Positions 1 through 12,301 of a stretch of 64,000 bases of DNA are shown piece after piece. Origin of the DNA: Octopus sinensis (Eukaryota); NCBI RefSeq assembly GCF_006345805.1, contig NC_042999.1, positions 69,192,001 through 69,256,000 of the forward strand, in the 5' to 3' direction. How positions within the stretch are numbered: position 1 is the first letter of the stretch; the number at the start of each line of letters is the position of its first letter. The notes beneath the pieces were generated by a model. It saw only the letters and a list, made by a program, of their open reading frames with translations. It was not told the origin of the DNA and made no database searches. Made by a program: the position numbers and the translations under genes.

Positions 1-139
1 ATCTTCAGTCAAATGAATCAATCAGCACAGGATAATTTTTTGCTTTTTAAGCCTTATACTTTATTCTATCAATCTCATTTGCTGCACCAAGTTACAGGGA
101 TGTCAACTGGTGGAGGGGGACAAACAGAAACACACACAC

Positions 140-722
140 ACAAAGGGCTTCTGTCAGTTTCCATCAATCAAATCCACTCCCAACACTTTGGTTGGGTCAG
201 GGCACCAGCAGAAAACACTGGCACAAGGACCATACAATGGCAAACTTCTTAACCACACAGCCATGTCTGTCTCTCAGCTCTCCATAAATGAGAGAGTCAA
301 CCACATTGTTCAGGGTTCAGTCCCACTGAGTGGCACCTTGGGCAAGTGTCTTCTTCCATAGCTCCAGGCTGACCAAAGCCTTGTGAATGGACTTGGTAGG
401 CAGAAACTGAAAGAAGCTCGTAAATATATCGTCACCATTATCATCCTTTAATGTCCATTTTCCAGCTTGTGTGTGTACGTTCACGCGTGCATGTGTGTAA
501 ATGTGTGTATGTTCCTCCACCACTTGTCGACTGGTGTCAGTGTATTTACATCCTCATATAAAACAAGCTACATTCAGTTTCCATCTACCAAATCCACTCA
601 CAAGACTTTGGTCAGCCTGAGGCGATAGTAGAAGACACTTGTCCAAGATGACATGCAATGGGACTGAACCCAGAACAATGTGGTTGGGAAGCAAACTTCT
701 TACCACACAGCCACACCTGCAT
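140..722. mobile_element. Cluster of three degenerate tRNA-derived SINE copies (family X) in alternating orientation (-,+,-)
   Basis: Shared motif gggttcagtcccactg..ggcaccttgggcaagtgtcttct..gaccaaagccttgtga..gaaactgaaagaagc at ~300-420 and its reverse complement at ~140-268 and ~573-722; recurs throughout the window. Confidence 0.85.
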
Positions 723-1554
723 TGGCTTGGTTCCTTTTTCTTTATGAAATCCTCAAAGGATAAAAAGCAAAGTTGACCTTGGCAGGCTTTGAACACAGAA
801 CATAGAGGGTCAGAACAAATATCACATAGCATTCTATCCAACACTTCAATGATGGCTAATTCAATGTCTCAGAGAAGAATTACAAACAGGAATTTGTCTA
901 GAATATTCTGTTTTCAACATGAAAACAATGGATAAGGATGTGAACAGCAATCTGAAGTAGTTAAAAATCTGGAATGATAAGTGTCACTTGCGGAGGAATT
1001 CCAAGAATTTGGCACACCGTGTCCAACAATACTTTAGTCATTTGTTTTTAATTTGAAACAGATGGAAAATTTAGACATGGAACCAGGTGCAGTTAGACAA
1101 TATCAAAAATGACAAAATATTATAATTCATTAAAAATCTTGCATGTAGTGAAGAAAAAATATTGTATTCAGAATAATGGTTGAAGTAAATTTATCATTTT
1201 GAATGAATTCTTTATTCAATTTTCTCCAAGACAAAATCCGGTGAATGGCTTTCTTTCAGGTTCAAAAATGCCTCAAAAATATTTAAACTGGAAACGGGTT
1301 TGTATTTATACACATCACTGCTTAGCACTGTCACCCTGCCTTTCTTGGTTCACCATGTTGACTCTTTTAATACCAATTTGCCCAAGAGTGTCTTGGATCT
1401 TTAATACAAACTTCCTGTTTTAAAGTGATTTAATTAAAGCTTTCCTCAAAATTTCATGTTAATTTATGCTTCCAACGACAAAGACATTTTACCAAATTCC
1501 TCGTGATTTTCAAAATTAATTGCTTCCCATTCATTTGCTGTAAACTGGAACTTT

Positions 1555-1905
1555 GTTGGTTAAGACGATGAGTGTTCCAGTCAATCCGATTAACAGAACA
1601 GTAACTGGCTTTTCTTGGTTACAATGGTGTGGGTTCCAGTCGATCCGATTAACAGAACAGTCTGCTCATGAATTTCACATGCAAGTGGCTGAGAACTCCA
1701 TAGATACATGTGCCCTTGACACAGTTCTTAGGGTGTTTCGGTGTAACATAGAGTGTGTTATGGCTGGCCCCTTTGAATTACAGGTACAACTCATTTTTGC
1801 CTGCTGAGTGTAGAGGAGCTATGTAAAATAAAGGGACTTGCCCAAGGGCGCAATGTGCTGCTGGGAATCAAACTCACAACATGAGCCAATTACCCTAAAC
1901 ACAAA
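1555..1905 (-). mobile_element. CpG-decayed tRNA-derived SINE, same family as 15725-16040
   Basis: gttccagtcgatccgattaacagaacag, caactcatttttgcc..gctgag and ggacttgcccaagggcgcaa align to the 15.7 kb copy. Confidence 0.75.
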
Positions 1906-2759
1906 TCCATGCACCTTCCATTTGCTTTATGGATGTTGAAACTGCACCTTCCATTTGCTTTATGGATGTCTGAGACTGTTGAAACTCAGTCCAATGATCA
2001 TTTAAGTTTCTCTCCATATCTTTCATTTATAAATGATCATAGGTATGTTATCCCCTTTGTCTGTCTTTTCCCACTCACAGTCATGCTTCAGCCTCTGACC
2101 CAGAAATAGGCTGTATCCTCTTTCTGTCTTTCCCAATGCTCCTTTAATGGCCCCTGTTCCTTGGAACTGGCCGGTTTCGTAATTCTCCAACTCAGGTAGC
2201 CTTAACTACCCCCCATCACCTTTGTAGTATTCAACTCCCTCAAATCACACCATCATCATCATCATCATCATCATCATCTTTGTTTTACATCTTCATTCCA
2301 TGCTGATATGGGCCATACACATTATTTGGGGCCATTGCTCTCTTAGACTGGTGCTCTAATGAGTCATCTGACTTGGCTTCTGTGGCTGGATGCCCTCCCA
2401 ATCACCAACCACTTTACAGATTGTGGACTGGATGCATTTTCTTTTGGCACCAACACCACAGAGGTTGATAAGCCTGCAGTAAGACAGGACTAAAAGAGAT
2501 CTCACATCCTTGTCTTTTCTCTGCTGCCTTTATCATCAACTTTATAGTGTGTATTGGGTGCAAATAAACATGATTGTTACAACTGCAGCACCACTGATCA
2601 TAGGTCTTCCTGGTCAAGGCTGTCCTAGGGCTAATCAACAACATGAACAAAAGAAAAATAACTAACAGAAACTGTTGTTGGTTATTACTCAAGATGTGAC
2701 GAAGACTGTGCTTAATGTGATGAGGAATAACTGGCTTTTGTTTTGTTTTCTAGTAAGTT

Positions 2760-3197
2760 GTAAAAAGCACCTGTGCTGGTGACACATATACAACACCCGT
2801 GCTGGTGCCATGTATAGAGCACCTGTGTTGGTGCCATGTAAAGAATACCCATACCAGTGTCACATAAAAAGAACCCGTGCTGGTGCCACGTATACAAAAA
2901 CCCATGCTGGTGCCATGTAAAGAATACCCATACCAGTGTCACATAAAAAGCATCTGTGCTGGTGCCACGTATACAAAACCTATGCTGGTGCCATGTAAAG
3001 AATACCCATACCAGTGTCACATAAGAAGAACCTGTGTTGGTGCCACATAAAAAGCACCCAGTACACTCAGTAAAGTGGTTAGTGTAAGGAAGGGCATCCA
3101 GCCATACAAACCATACCAAAAAAAGACAATTGGCCACCTCCTGTCAGACCGTCCAACCCATGCCAAAACAGAAAATGGATGTTAAATGATGATGATG
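2760..3197 (+). mobile_element. LINE 3' tail (family B) with an internal ~26-bp minisatellite and (GAT)n tail
   Basis: Repeated gctggtgccacgtataaaaagcacc-like monomers, then aaggaagggcatccagc..tccaacccatgcca..gttaaatgatgatgatg, the 3' end shared with the RTE copies. Confidence 0.75.
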
Positions 3198-3615
3198 AGG
3201 GTGATAAGTTAGTCAAAGATAATTAGCTATACCCTGCACAGACCCCTTATTCTCCACGACTGAAACGATCGATGCTCCTGAGGTCTAATCCAAAATTCTA
3301 CAACTCAGTGTCTGCAAGAAAAATATGCAGGGAAGGGTGCAGTGTTTTAAAATGAAAGTAGACACAGATTTCCCCAACACCAATTCTAGAACATTCTCAT
3401 CATTCCATTACAACATTTCAAGTGAGTGATCAAATGGTTGTTTTCATTAGTTTGGTAACAGAAGCCACAAGTTTGAGCACTGAAAGTATTTGATAAACCA
3501 GCTGCCTTTTATTCAATTTCCTGTTTTAACTTAAGAAATATTAATATGATGATATTAATATCATCATCCTCATTAGCATAATAATCATCATCATAACCAT
3601 CATCATCATCATCCT

Positions 3616-4201
3616 TTAATTTGTTAGCATTTAAACTGACCACTTCTGGCCCAAATATTCTCCCTCTTTATGTTCAAACTGGCCAGAACCAGCATCTCCT
3701 ACAATGTTATTCTTAGAATATATAATCACATCATTGAAACCTCAAAGCTACAAGACAAAGTATGATTATTTAAAAATAATGTAAACAAGAGCACTCAGAA
3801 AGCACAAACCCCCATCAAGGCAACACTAACGTCCTCTCAACGATTGGCCAGAGATGATTTTTAAAATGAGAATATCTAAAATAAACTCAACTGTTCTCAC
3901 AAATGAGAATACTAAAAATAAACCCGACCGCTCTCAAAAATTAAGTAAAAAAACAGAAAAAATAATCCAGAATCCTTGTCCGGTACCATATCGATCCCAA
4001 AATCTAATCAGTTCATGCCAGTCACAAGGCCAAACATCCCTGAAAGTTTCATCTGAATCCATCCAGTGGTTCTTGAAATATCTTGTCCACAGACAAATAA
4101 ACAAACAAACACAACTGAAAACAATACTTCTGCCTTTGCTAAGGTGGAGGTAATAAATAAGCATCACATTTGACAAAATAATCTGAATGCTAAAAGGTTA
4201 A
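3616..4201. mobile_element. TTAA-bounded piggyBac-type MITE interrupted by a nested insertion
   Basis: Degenerate inverted ends ttaatttgttagcattta / tgaatgctaaaaggttaa; interior split at ~3785-4153. Confidence 0.55.
3785..4153 (+). mobile_element. Helentron/HINE-like non-autonomous element
   Basis: 5' caagagcactcagaaagcacaaacccccatcaaggc; 3' stem-loop cttctgcc-tttgctaa-ggtggagg just before taa; inserted in an A-rich site with no TSD. Confidence 0.5.
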
Positions 4202-4292
4202 GATGGTGTTTTGAACATAAATTAACATGAAATTTTGATGGAAGGTTTTAGTTTAGATCACTTTAACCCTTTTGTTACCATATTGAAATAAC

Positions 4293-5574
4293 CAGCCTTA
4301 GAGTCAACCTAGCAAAAACCAAAGTCTTAATAAGTACAAAGGCAGAAAAACCACAAATCCCTTCTATGGACACATAGAAGGTACGCAATATCAAAGGAAG
4401 GCTAATTGAAAATGTGCAGAAAACAGCTCCCAGGGAAAAAACTAAAAGTAGTTGATAGCCTCCATTACCTAGGTGTCCAAGTCAGTAGCGGGGGTGGATG
4501 CTCTGAAAGTGTAGCTGCTAGAATTAGAATAGCCTGGGCAAAGTTCGGAGAGCTTCTACCTCAGCTGGTGACAAAGGGTCTCTCGCTCAGAGTAAAAGGT
4601 AGACTATATGACGCATGTGTACAAACTGCCATGCTACATGGCAGTGAAACATGGGCTGTGACTGCTGAGGACATGCGTTGGCTTGCAAGGAATAAAGCCA
4701 GTATGCTCCGCTGGATGTGTAATGTTAGTGAGCATACACGACAGAGTGTAAGCACCCTGAGAAAAAAGTTGGACTTAAGAAGCCTCAGATGTGGTGTGCA
4801 AGAGAGACGATTGTGCTGGTATGGTCATGTGTTGCAAATGGATGAGGAGAGCTGTGTGAAAAGTGTCACATCCTAGCAGTTGAGGGAACCTGTGGAAGAG
4901 GTAGACCCAGGAAGAGCAGGCATGAGGTGATGAAGCATGACCTTCGAACAATGGGCCTCACCGAGACAATGACTAGTGGCCGAGACCTTTGGAGATATAC
5001 TGTGCTTAAGAATACCAGGCAAGCCAAGTGAGACCATAACCCATGGCCTGTATATAACCAGTCCACTTATGAGTACCCTTCATTCATTGGACAATAAACT
5101 TTGCTTGCAAAGATCTGTTGAAGCAAGTGAAATCGTTGTCATGGCCAATGAGAGTACACTGGTTCATTTTACATATACACAGCGTGACACAGAATGGCAC
5201 CCATGCCAGTGGCATGTTAAAAGCATCATTCGAGTGTGATCATTGCCAGTGTCACCTAACTGGCTCCCATGCCATTGGCACAATAAAAAACACCACTTGT
5301 GCATGGTTGCTGCTAGTACTGCCTAACTGGCTCCTGTGCCAGTGGCACGTAAAAAAACACCAGTACTGCCTGACTGGCCCTCATGCTGGTAGCATGTAAA
5401 AAGCACCCACTACACTCTCGGAGTAGTTGGCATTAGGAAGGACATCCAACTATAGAAACTCTGCCAGATCAGATTGGAGCCTGGTGCAGCCTTCTGGCGT
5501 GCCAGCCTTCAGTCAGATCATCCAACCCATGCCAGCATGGAAAGCGGACATTAAACGATGATGATGATGATGAT
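4293..5574 (+). mobile_element. 5'-truncated, degenerate RTE-clade LINE (end of ORF2 plus 3'UTR)
   Basis: LRVNLAKTKVLIS at ~4297; YLGVQVSSGGGC..RIAWAKF..GRLYDACV..MLHGSETW..LRWMCNV..WYGHV, frameshift, then GTCGRGRPRK; 3'UTR ends in (GAT)n. Confidence 0.92.
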
Positions 5575-5917
5575 GGGGAGGGGAGAAGGGGAGGAGGAGG
5601 AGGGGGAGGTTCGGCAGTTTCCATCATTGGTTGGCTCAGGGTTATATTAGAAGACACACAAAATACAGCATGTCAGGATTGAACCTGAAACCACATGGTC
5701 ATGAAGCCAACATCTTAACCAATCAGCCATGACTGTATCTTACCAACAAAAACAAACAAATTATATTATCAAATGAAAAAAAAGGCATCAGAGGGGCAAT
5801 GCATACTCTGCACACAGATAAATTTTTTTCACTAATTATGGTGTGGCTTACAATGCGTTGCTTAACCATGCTTTTTAATTGAACTGAATTAATTAAAAAA
5901 AGTTTTTTATTAAGTAT

Positions 5918-6314
5918 CACCATTATAGGTATTTATACTTTGGTGAAATCAAGAAATCAACTCATAAATAAACAAAACCCTCGAATCAATCACTGTACAC
6001 ACACAGTTGCATGTCTATGTATGTATTTATGTATCTATATATGTATATACCAACATGTGTCTATGTGTATAGGTACACCATGATCTATACACACGCAGAC
6101 GAGGGTTGATTCATATGAAAAAGAAAGTGAACAAAATGAAATATTGCATAGAATTTAAGAAGTGTTTCACCATTATAGGCATTTATACTCTGGTGAAATT
6201 AAGAAAACCAACCCACAAATAAGCAAAACCCTTGAATCCATCACTGTACACCCCTCCCACACATACACACACACACACACACAGTCGCATATCTGTGTCT
6301 GTATTTATGTATGT
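5918..6314. repeat. Local direct duplication of ~115 bp, 250-bp offset
   Basis: caccattataggtatttatactttggtgaaatcaagaaa.. at 5918 and caccattataggcatttatactctggtgaaattaagaaa.. at 6168. Confidence 0.85.
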
Positions 6315-7159
6315 TTTTCATCATTTTGAGCCACTCACCCAATGAGTAAAAATCCATTCAGCAGTTTTCTAGTAATTTTGCAAACACACAATAAAGACGT
6401 GTGATTACAATACCCTGCTTTCACTTACACACACAGGGTAATGACATTTAATAAAACTAAAAATAATATAAAATGATATAACAATAATCTTTTTGCTCTA
6501 TTTTAAAAATATCTTAATCATAATGGAAACCAGCTTTACAGCAAAGTTAAATTGATTTTCATTTGAACCAAACACAGATGTTTTATCCAAGACATACAAC
6601 GATTCCTCAAAGACATGCAATGATTATAACTTATTACTGAAATGATGTTTGGTAAAAATCCAGTGGGAATCATGCTTTGGTTATTTGGTTCATGACAGGA
6701 CACTGCTTGGAATTTCTTTCCAGACTTACAGACTTAATCATTATTTATATTCAGGCTGTGTGGGTAAGAAGCTTGCTTCCTAATCATGTGATCTTGGATT
6801 TAGTTCCACCGCAGGGCACCTTGGGAGCAAGTGTTTTCTACTATAGTTCTGAGCCAACCAAAGGCTTGGGAGTGTATTTAATAACTAGAAAGTGAAAGAA
6901 ACCTGCTGTATGTCTGTTTGTGTGTAGTCTTGCCTAGACATCGTGATTGCTGTAAATGAGCATCACCGTCATGCAAGCAATGTTGTTCTTTTCCTGTCTT
7001 CCATGGAAAACTTGTCTGGCAATGGGAAATATGCTGTCTTGAAACAGGTGAGGGTTGGCAACAGGAAAAGCATCCAATCACAGAAAATCTGCCTCAGTAA
7101 ATTCCAAGCATGGAAAAGTGAATGTTGTAATGAAATATGATGATCCAACTCATATTTAT

Positions 7160-7386
7160 TTCTTTATTGCCCACAGGGAGCTAAACATAGAGGGGACAAA
7201 CAAGGACAGACAAAGGAATTAAGTCGATTAATTCGACCCCAATATGCAACTGGTACTTAATTTATCGACCCTCAAAGGATAAAAGGCAAAGTCGACCTCA
7301 GCAGAATTTGAACTCAGAACCTAAAGACAGACAAAATACTGCTAAGCATTTCGCCTGGCATGCTAACGTTTCTTCCAGCTTGCCGC
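7160..7386 (-). mobile_element. tRNA-derived SINE family Y
   Basis: Reverse complement of ggcgagctggcagaa..gttagc..gttctgagttcaaatt..gtcgactttgcc..; same family at 33571-34018 and 36790-37012. Confidence 0.85.
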
Positions 7387-8389
7387 CAACTCATATTTGT
7401 CATCAACCACTCCCCTCTGCTTCAACCCTCGTCATCATTCAGTACATTCACACCCAAACCAATCATGGTGAAGGCACGAAGCCTAGTCGTTAAAGCATTG
7501 CCCTGATAGTCATTAGATCATGGGTTCAATTCCTATACCTGACAGCATGTTGTGTTCTAGAGTAAAACAATTCATTTCATGTTGCTCTGTATGTGGGACA
7601 ATGGCAGAATTGTTAGCATGTCAGCAGAAATGCTTTATGGTATATCTTCCAGCTCTCTACATTCTGAGTTCAAATCTCACCTGCCTGGAGAAGTAACGAG
7701 GAATTCAGTCCAGTATTGATCCCAGGTGTAGTCATGGTAGCTGAAATTCCAATAATCTACCAAACGGCAGTGGAGTAAGGTATGGTTCCTCCCTAGAGAA
7801 AGTTCACATGCACAGGGTCTGCCCTTGGGCAGACCACAACTAGAGGCTAGAGATCCCATCTCTAATCATCTGTCATTCTTTTTTTTACAACCTCTACCCA
7901 TCCACCCTTCTAGTTCTTCTGTCTCCAGGGCAAACCTGATATGTTGTCACCATTATTTAATCTCTCATTCCAAGCCCCCTATCCATTACTCTTGTACTAT
8001 ATGAGCAGCCATGCAGCTCCCCCGCACTAAAACACATGATCTGGTCTGACCCCTCCTTTCATACTTTCAACCTCTTATCTCCTAGCATAAAGCCATTTTC
8101 TTCTCTCTGTTGCAGCTTCATTCAGTTGCAAGAGATTCTTTAGTCTTGCAAACTGTTTGGGGACCTCACTAGTGCTGGTGCCATAGAAAAAAAGGACACT
8201 CTGTAAAGTGATTGGTGTAAGGAAAGGCATTCAACTGTAGGAGGATGTTCAATGGCTGTATGTTCTTTGCAATGCCAACCCTCACCTGTTTTATAGCAAG
8301 GTAATATTTCTTCATATTTTGCAGAATATTTGTAATGAATGACACTGCTTACATGACAGTGGCACTCATTTACAGCAATCACACATGAA

Positions 8390-8580
8390 GCCCATGGTCT
8401 AGTGGTTAGGATGTTGCACTCAAGATTGCCAAGTCACGGGTTCGATTCCCAGAAAGGGTGGCATGTTGTGTTCTGGAGCAAATCATTTCATTTTGTGTTA
8501 GTCTAGTGCTGTGGGGACCAGCATGTCAAAGAATAGACCCACCATTTCCTCTGCATGTCATATAAGGCAATTAAAAGAGG
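8390..8580 (+). mobile_element. tRNA-headed SINE
   Basis: A box tggtctagtggttagg and B box gggttcgattccc, followed by gcatgttgtgttctggagcaaa; no acceptor-stem 3' strand. Confidence 0.7.
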
Positions 8581-8673
8581 TTGAGTTACGAGTTGCACTC
8601 CAACCTCATAAAACCCTAGAAATAATACATTTCTAAATCTCTCAGAGAGATTTATACAGTAGTAACTCTATAA

Positions 8674-8890
8674 AGTGGTGGTATGTTGTCAACTTAATAT
8701 GACAGTCCCATGAAAGGGAATAATACTACTGCTATTTAGCCCTAGGAAGCACCGCATCCTGTCGGCCTTGACATAAGGATACAGGAAATGTGTCAAGGCC
8801 GACAGGTGGTAGTACTTCCTAGGGCTAAATAGCAGTAATATTATTCCCTTTCATGGGACTGTCACATTAAGCTGACAACATACCACCACT
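8674..8890. repeat. ~100-bp-arm inverted repeat (fold-back hairpin)
   Basis: agtggtggtatgttgtcaacttaat..gtcggccttgacata, loop aggatacaggaaa, then the near-perfect reverse complement ending ..gacaacataccaccact. Confidence 0.95.
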
Positions 8891-9519
8891 CATAAAATCC
8901 TCACTAGCAATAACTAGCCAGACAGACCCATGAGTTGAAGGGTTGTCACCTGAGTGGTGCAAAGGGGTCATCTGCCAAGAGTAGCAGGGAATCACCAACA
9001 CAAGATGGATACAGCAATGTACTGTCACAGTGTATGCCCCCATGCTGCTGCTGCTGCTACTGCTACTACTACTACTACTACTACACAATGTTGAGACAAG
9101 GAGACACAAAAACACACATAAGGCTATTATCATCATCATCATCATCATCACCATCCACTTTCTCATGTTTGTATGGAGTCAGAGTTAGGATTCCTTGAGG
9201 CAGATTTTCTACAGATGGGTGCCCTTCCTGTTGCCAACCCTCAACTGTTTCCAAATAAGATATTTCCCCATGGCCAGACATGAATTTGTTTTCACAGAAT
9301 ACTGGAAACAAATGGCGACAACCATTTACAACTAAGCCCACAATGTCAAGACAAGAAGACACGCACACACACACATACACACTTTGGGCTTCCTTCAGTT
9401 TCCAAGAAATACACTTGCAAAGCATTGGTTAAGATACTTGACCAAGGTTCACACAGTGGCACTGAACTTTAAGCCATGTACTTGGAAAACAAATTTCTTA
9501 ATTATACAACCATGTTTGC

Positions 9520-9975
9520 ATTTACTATATATACATATGCGCATGCACCCACACACACACACATACACACACACAAACACAAACACACACACACACACGT
9601 ACAAACACACCACACACCTATACACACATGCATGGACAGATACATACGAACACATATATATAAACATATATACACACATACATATGCACACTTGTGTGTG
9701 ATGTGTAGGTGTGCGTGCATCTGTGTGTTGTGTGTATGTATGTGTATATGAATGTGTATGAATGTATGTATGTGTGTGTGTGTGAATGTATGTAAGTGTG
9801 TGTGAATGTATGTATGTGTGTGTGAGTGAATGTATGTGTGTGTGTGAATGTATATGTGTATGAATGTATGGATGTGTGTACGAATGTATGTATGTATGTT
9901 TATAATGTATGTATGTGTGTATAAATGTATGTATGTATGTGTGTTTATAATGAATGTATGTGTGTATGAATGTAC
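9520..9975. repeat. Compound (CA)n/(TGTA/TGAA)n microsatellite
   Basis: Direct reading; produces the His/Thr- and Cys/Val-rich ORFs. Confidence 0.95.
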
Positions 9976-10269
9976 TTTAGCTCTTCATATATTTTGTTTA
10001 TGTTTGCCTGACATATAACACTTGTCCAGCCACTGGACTGTGTCTATACTGAATGTAATATTGAGATCACTGGTGCGAATCAAGTATTTCAAGGCTGGCC
10101 GACTTTCTGGAAACTCTAACAGTGGGTGAACAAGATGACATTACATTCAAGTAAATTCTGTTACGTTCACCACAGACACCACTAACTCAATTTTCTGTTG
10201 AAGATCTTGTTAGTGTTGTTGTTGCTGTTCATGCATTTTATATTTTGCTGGTATAAAACTAAATTATTC

Positions 10270-11099
10270 AAATATTGAATAGGTACTGGTGCTATGTAAA
10301 AAGCATTGACATTGGTATCATGCAAAAAGCACCAGCACTGGTGCCACATAAAGGGTATTGGTGAGCAGGACCAGGTTAAGACCCATTGAGCCCTTAAGCA
10401 CTTAAAAGATTTTGGTGCCCCCATAAAAAAAATTACGTAATTCAAAATATAAACAATAACAAACCATAAAATAAATTTTTATCTTTAAAAACGAAACAAA
10501 ACAGTAAGAGGGAAAATAATGTGTATTTTTGTTTAATTCCAATTTATTTATATTTGAAAATTTTCCTCCTACTTTTTTTGAATTGCAAAGTCTTTGATCA
10601 GATCCTCAAAATTAATCTTAGGTAACACATCTGCACCTATACATAGCAGAGATAAAGGCATCACGAATATTATTTTAGCAAGTTTAAAGTGATTTCATTT
10701 GTGCCATAAACCATTTACCATTTCTGTGGTACCCCCTCCTTCCCTTGAGGCCCTAAGCACGTGCTTATTTTGCTAAATGGTTAATCCAGCGCTGCTGGTG
10801 ATGGTGTCACATATAAAGCACCCATGCTAGTGCCACTTAAAAAGCACTGGTGATAGTGTCATGTAAAAAAAAAAGCCACATAAAAGACATCCTTGCTGGT
10901 GCCACATATAAAGCACTGGTGCTGATGGCAAGTAAAAAGTACCCAGGGCACTTTGTAAAGTAGTTGGCATTAGGAAGGGCATCCAGCTGTCAAAACTGTG
11001 CCAAAACAGAGAATGGAACCAGGAGCAGCGCCTCCCTTTACCAGCTCCTGTCAAAATGTCCAACCCATACCAGCATGGAAAATGATGATGATGATGACA
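10270..11099 (+). mobile_element. LINE 3' tail (family B) split by a hAT MITE
   Basis: ggtgccacataaa monomers on both sides of the insertion; aggaagggcatccagctg..ccaacccataccagcatggaaaatgatgatg end. Confidence 0.75.
10366..10794. mobile_element. hAT-like MITE
   Basis: CAG...CTG termini (caggaccaggttaa / ttaatccagcgctg); degenerate 8-bp TSD ttggtgag / ctggtgat. Confidence 0.6.
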
Positions 11100-11932
11100 A
11101 GTCAGCAATTTTAAGAATTCAGGAGTTGTATGGTGTGGTGGTGTTATGTGCTGATAATTTGACAATATTTTATAGATTTTAAAAAGAATATGAAAACAAA
11201 AACTTAAAATGGAGAATTTGTAATAAAAAATAGTATATATGTTGGTTGGTTTCTGCAGTGATGCTTTATATCATATGTAGAGAAGTTAAATGGGATATAC
11301 AAAGAGAGTTAACACAAGAGGTGTATGATGAGAGCTCATACTAGGCTTGGTGGCAGGCATTGAGTAAAAGAATGCTACACAAACACAGTGAGAAAGAATT
11401 TAAGTGACGGAGGGGAAGGGGCAGGGGCGGTAGAGGGGGGATGGAGGGTGGTGGTGGAGGAGGAGGATGGGGGAGAGAGGGAGGAAGGGATGGATGGAGG
11501 AGGAGGAGGAGGCAAAAAGAGGAGGACATTTATGCAAGGAACTACACAAATGAGTAATTTGATTTTAAGGTAATGGATGGTTTCCTTTTGATGATTAGTA
11601 TTCATTTCATCATTTTGTTCCTGCCCAAAGAAATTTGACAAAAGTAAAAATGTATTTATGTATGCCACATTTCCTGATATTACCACCCATGGGGGCAAAA
11701 ATATACTTCCAAATTTACCTGCCATATCGGAGGTAACACCGGTTAACATAACAATAGGCATTAACTACGTTGTATGACGATTACAATAATAAATATATTA
11801 TAAACACACATATTACATTACATGTATGTGTATGAGTGTGTCCTTATATATATATATGTATATATATATAAAACCAAGTGAAAAGATGGAGATAAGATTA
11901 ATAAAGTTTATTAACACATTGACAAGACCAGA

Positions 11933-12037
11933 CCTACAATTGTTTCAATTCATCACGTGCAGCATAAATCAATCAAATTAAATTTCATTTAACTAAATCA
12001 ATTTAGCTAATTACTACAAGTGAGAATATCGTCAGGG
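11933..12037 (-). ncRNA. Degenerate Penelope-type minimal hammerhead ribozyme motif
   Basis: Minus strand CC-CUGACGA-U-AUUCUCAC...GUGA-U-GAAU-U-GAAA-CAAUUG-UA-GG; palindromic stem III ACAAUUGU; stem I only 2 bp. Confidence 0.6.
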
Positions 12038-12263
12038 AAGGACTACAAAGAAATTTAATCATATTTAAAACAGAAAGAAAACATCAAAAAGGAAGAATAC
12101 AGTGTACGATTAAAGTTAAAAACATACACATTAATAAAAATAGATATAGTTATAAAATAAAATAGTTATAGTCATAAATTAATATAAATAACAATAATAA
12201 TGCAGACATACTCATGCAAAAATATGAATATATATACACACACACACATACACACACAAATAT

Positions 12264-12301
<38 letters not shown>

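Noticed and set aside
1910-1969. 33-bp tandem duplication (also 21-bp at ~49040, 32-bp at ~41845/41935, 42-bp at ~61955)
   Set aside because: Ordinary slippage duplications with no sign of function
2712-3137. 141-aa repeat ORF
   Set aside because: Antisense translation of the LINE-tail minisatellite
3235-3325. Minus-strand exon with a good acceptor (ttttcttgcag)
   Set aside because: All three frames hit stops before the candidate donor
8390-8470. Functional tRNA genes (also 18870-18932, 20853-20910, 31248-31310)
   Set aside because: A and B boxes present but no acceptor-stem 3' strand; each continues into SINE body
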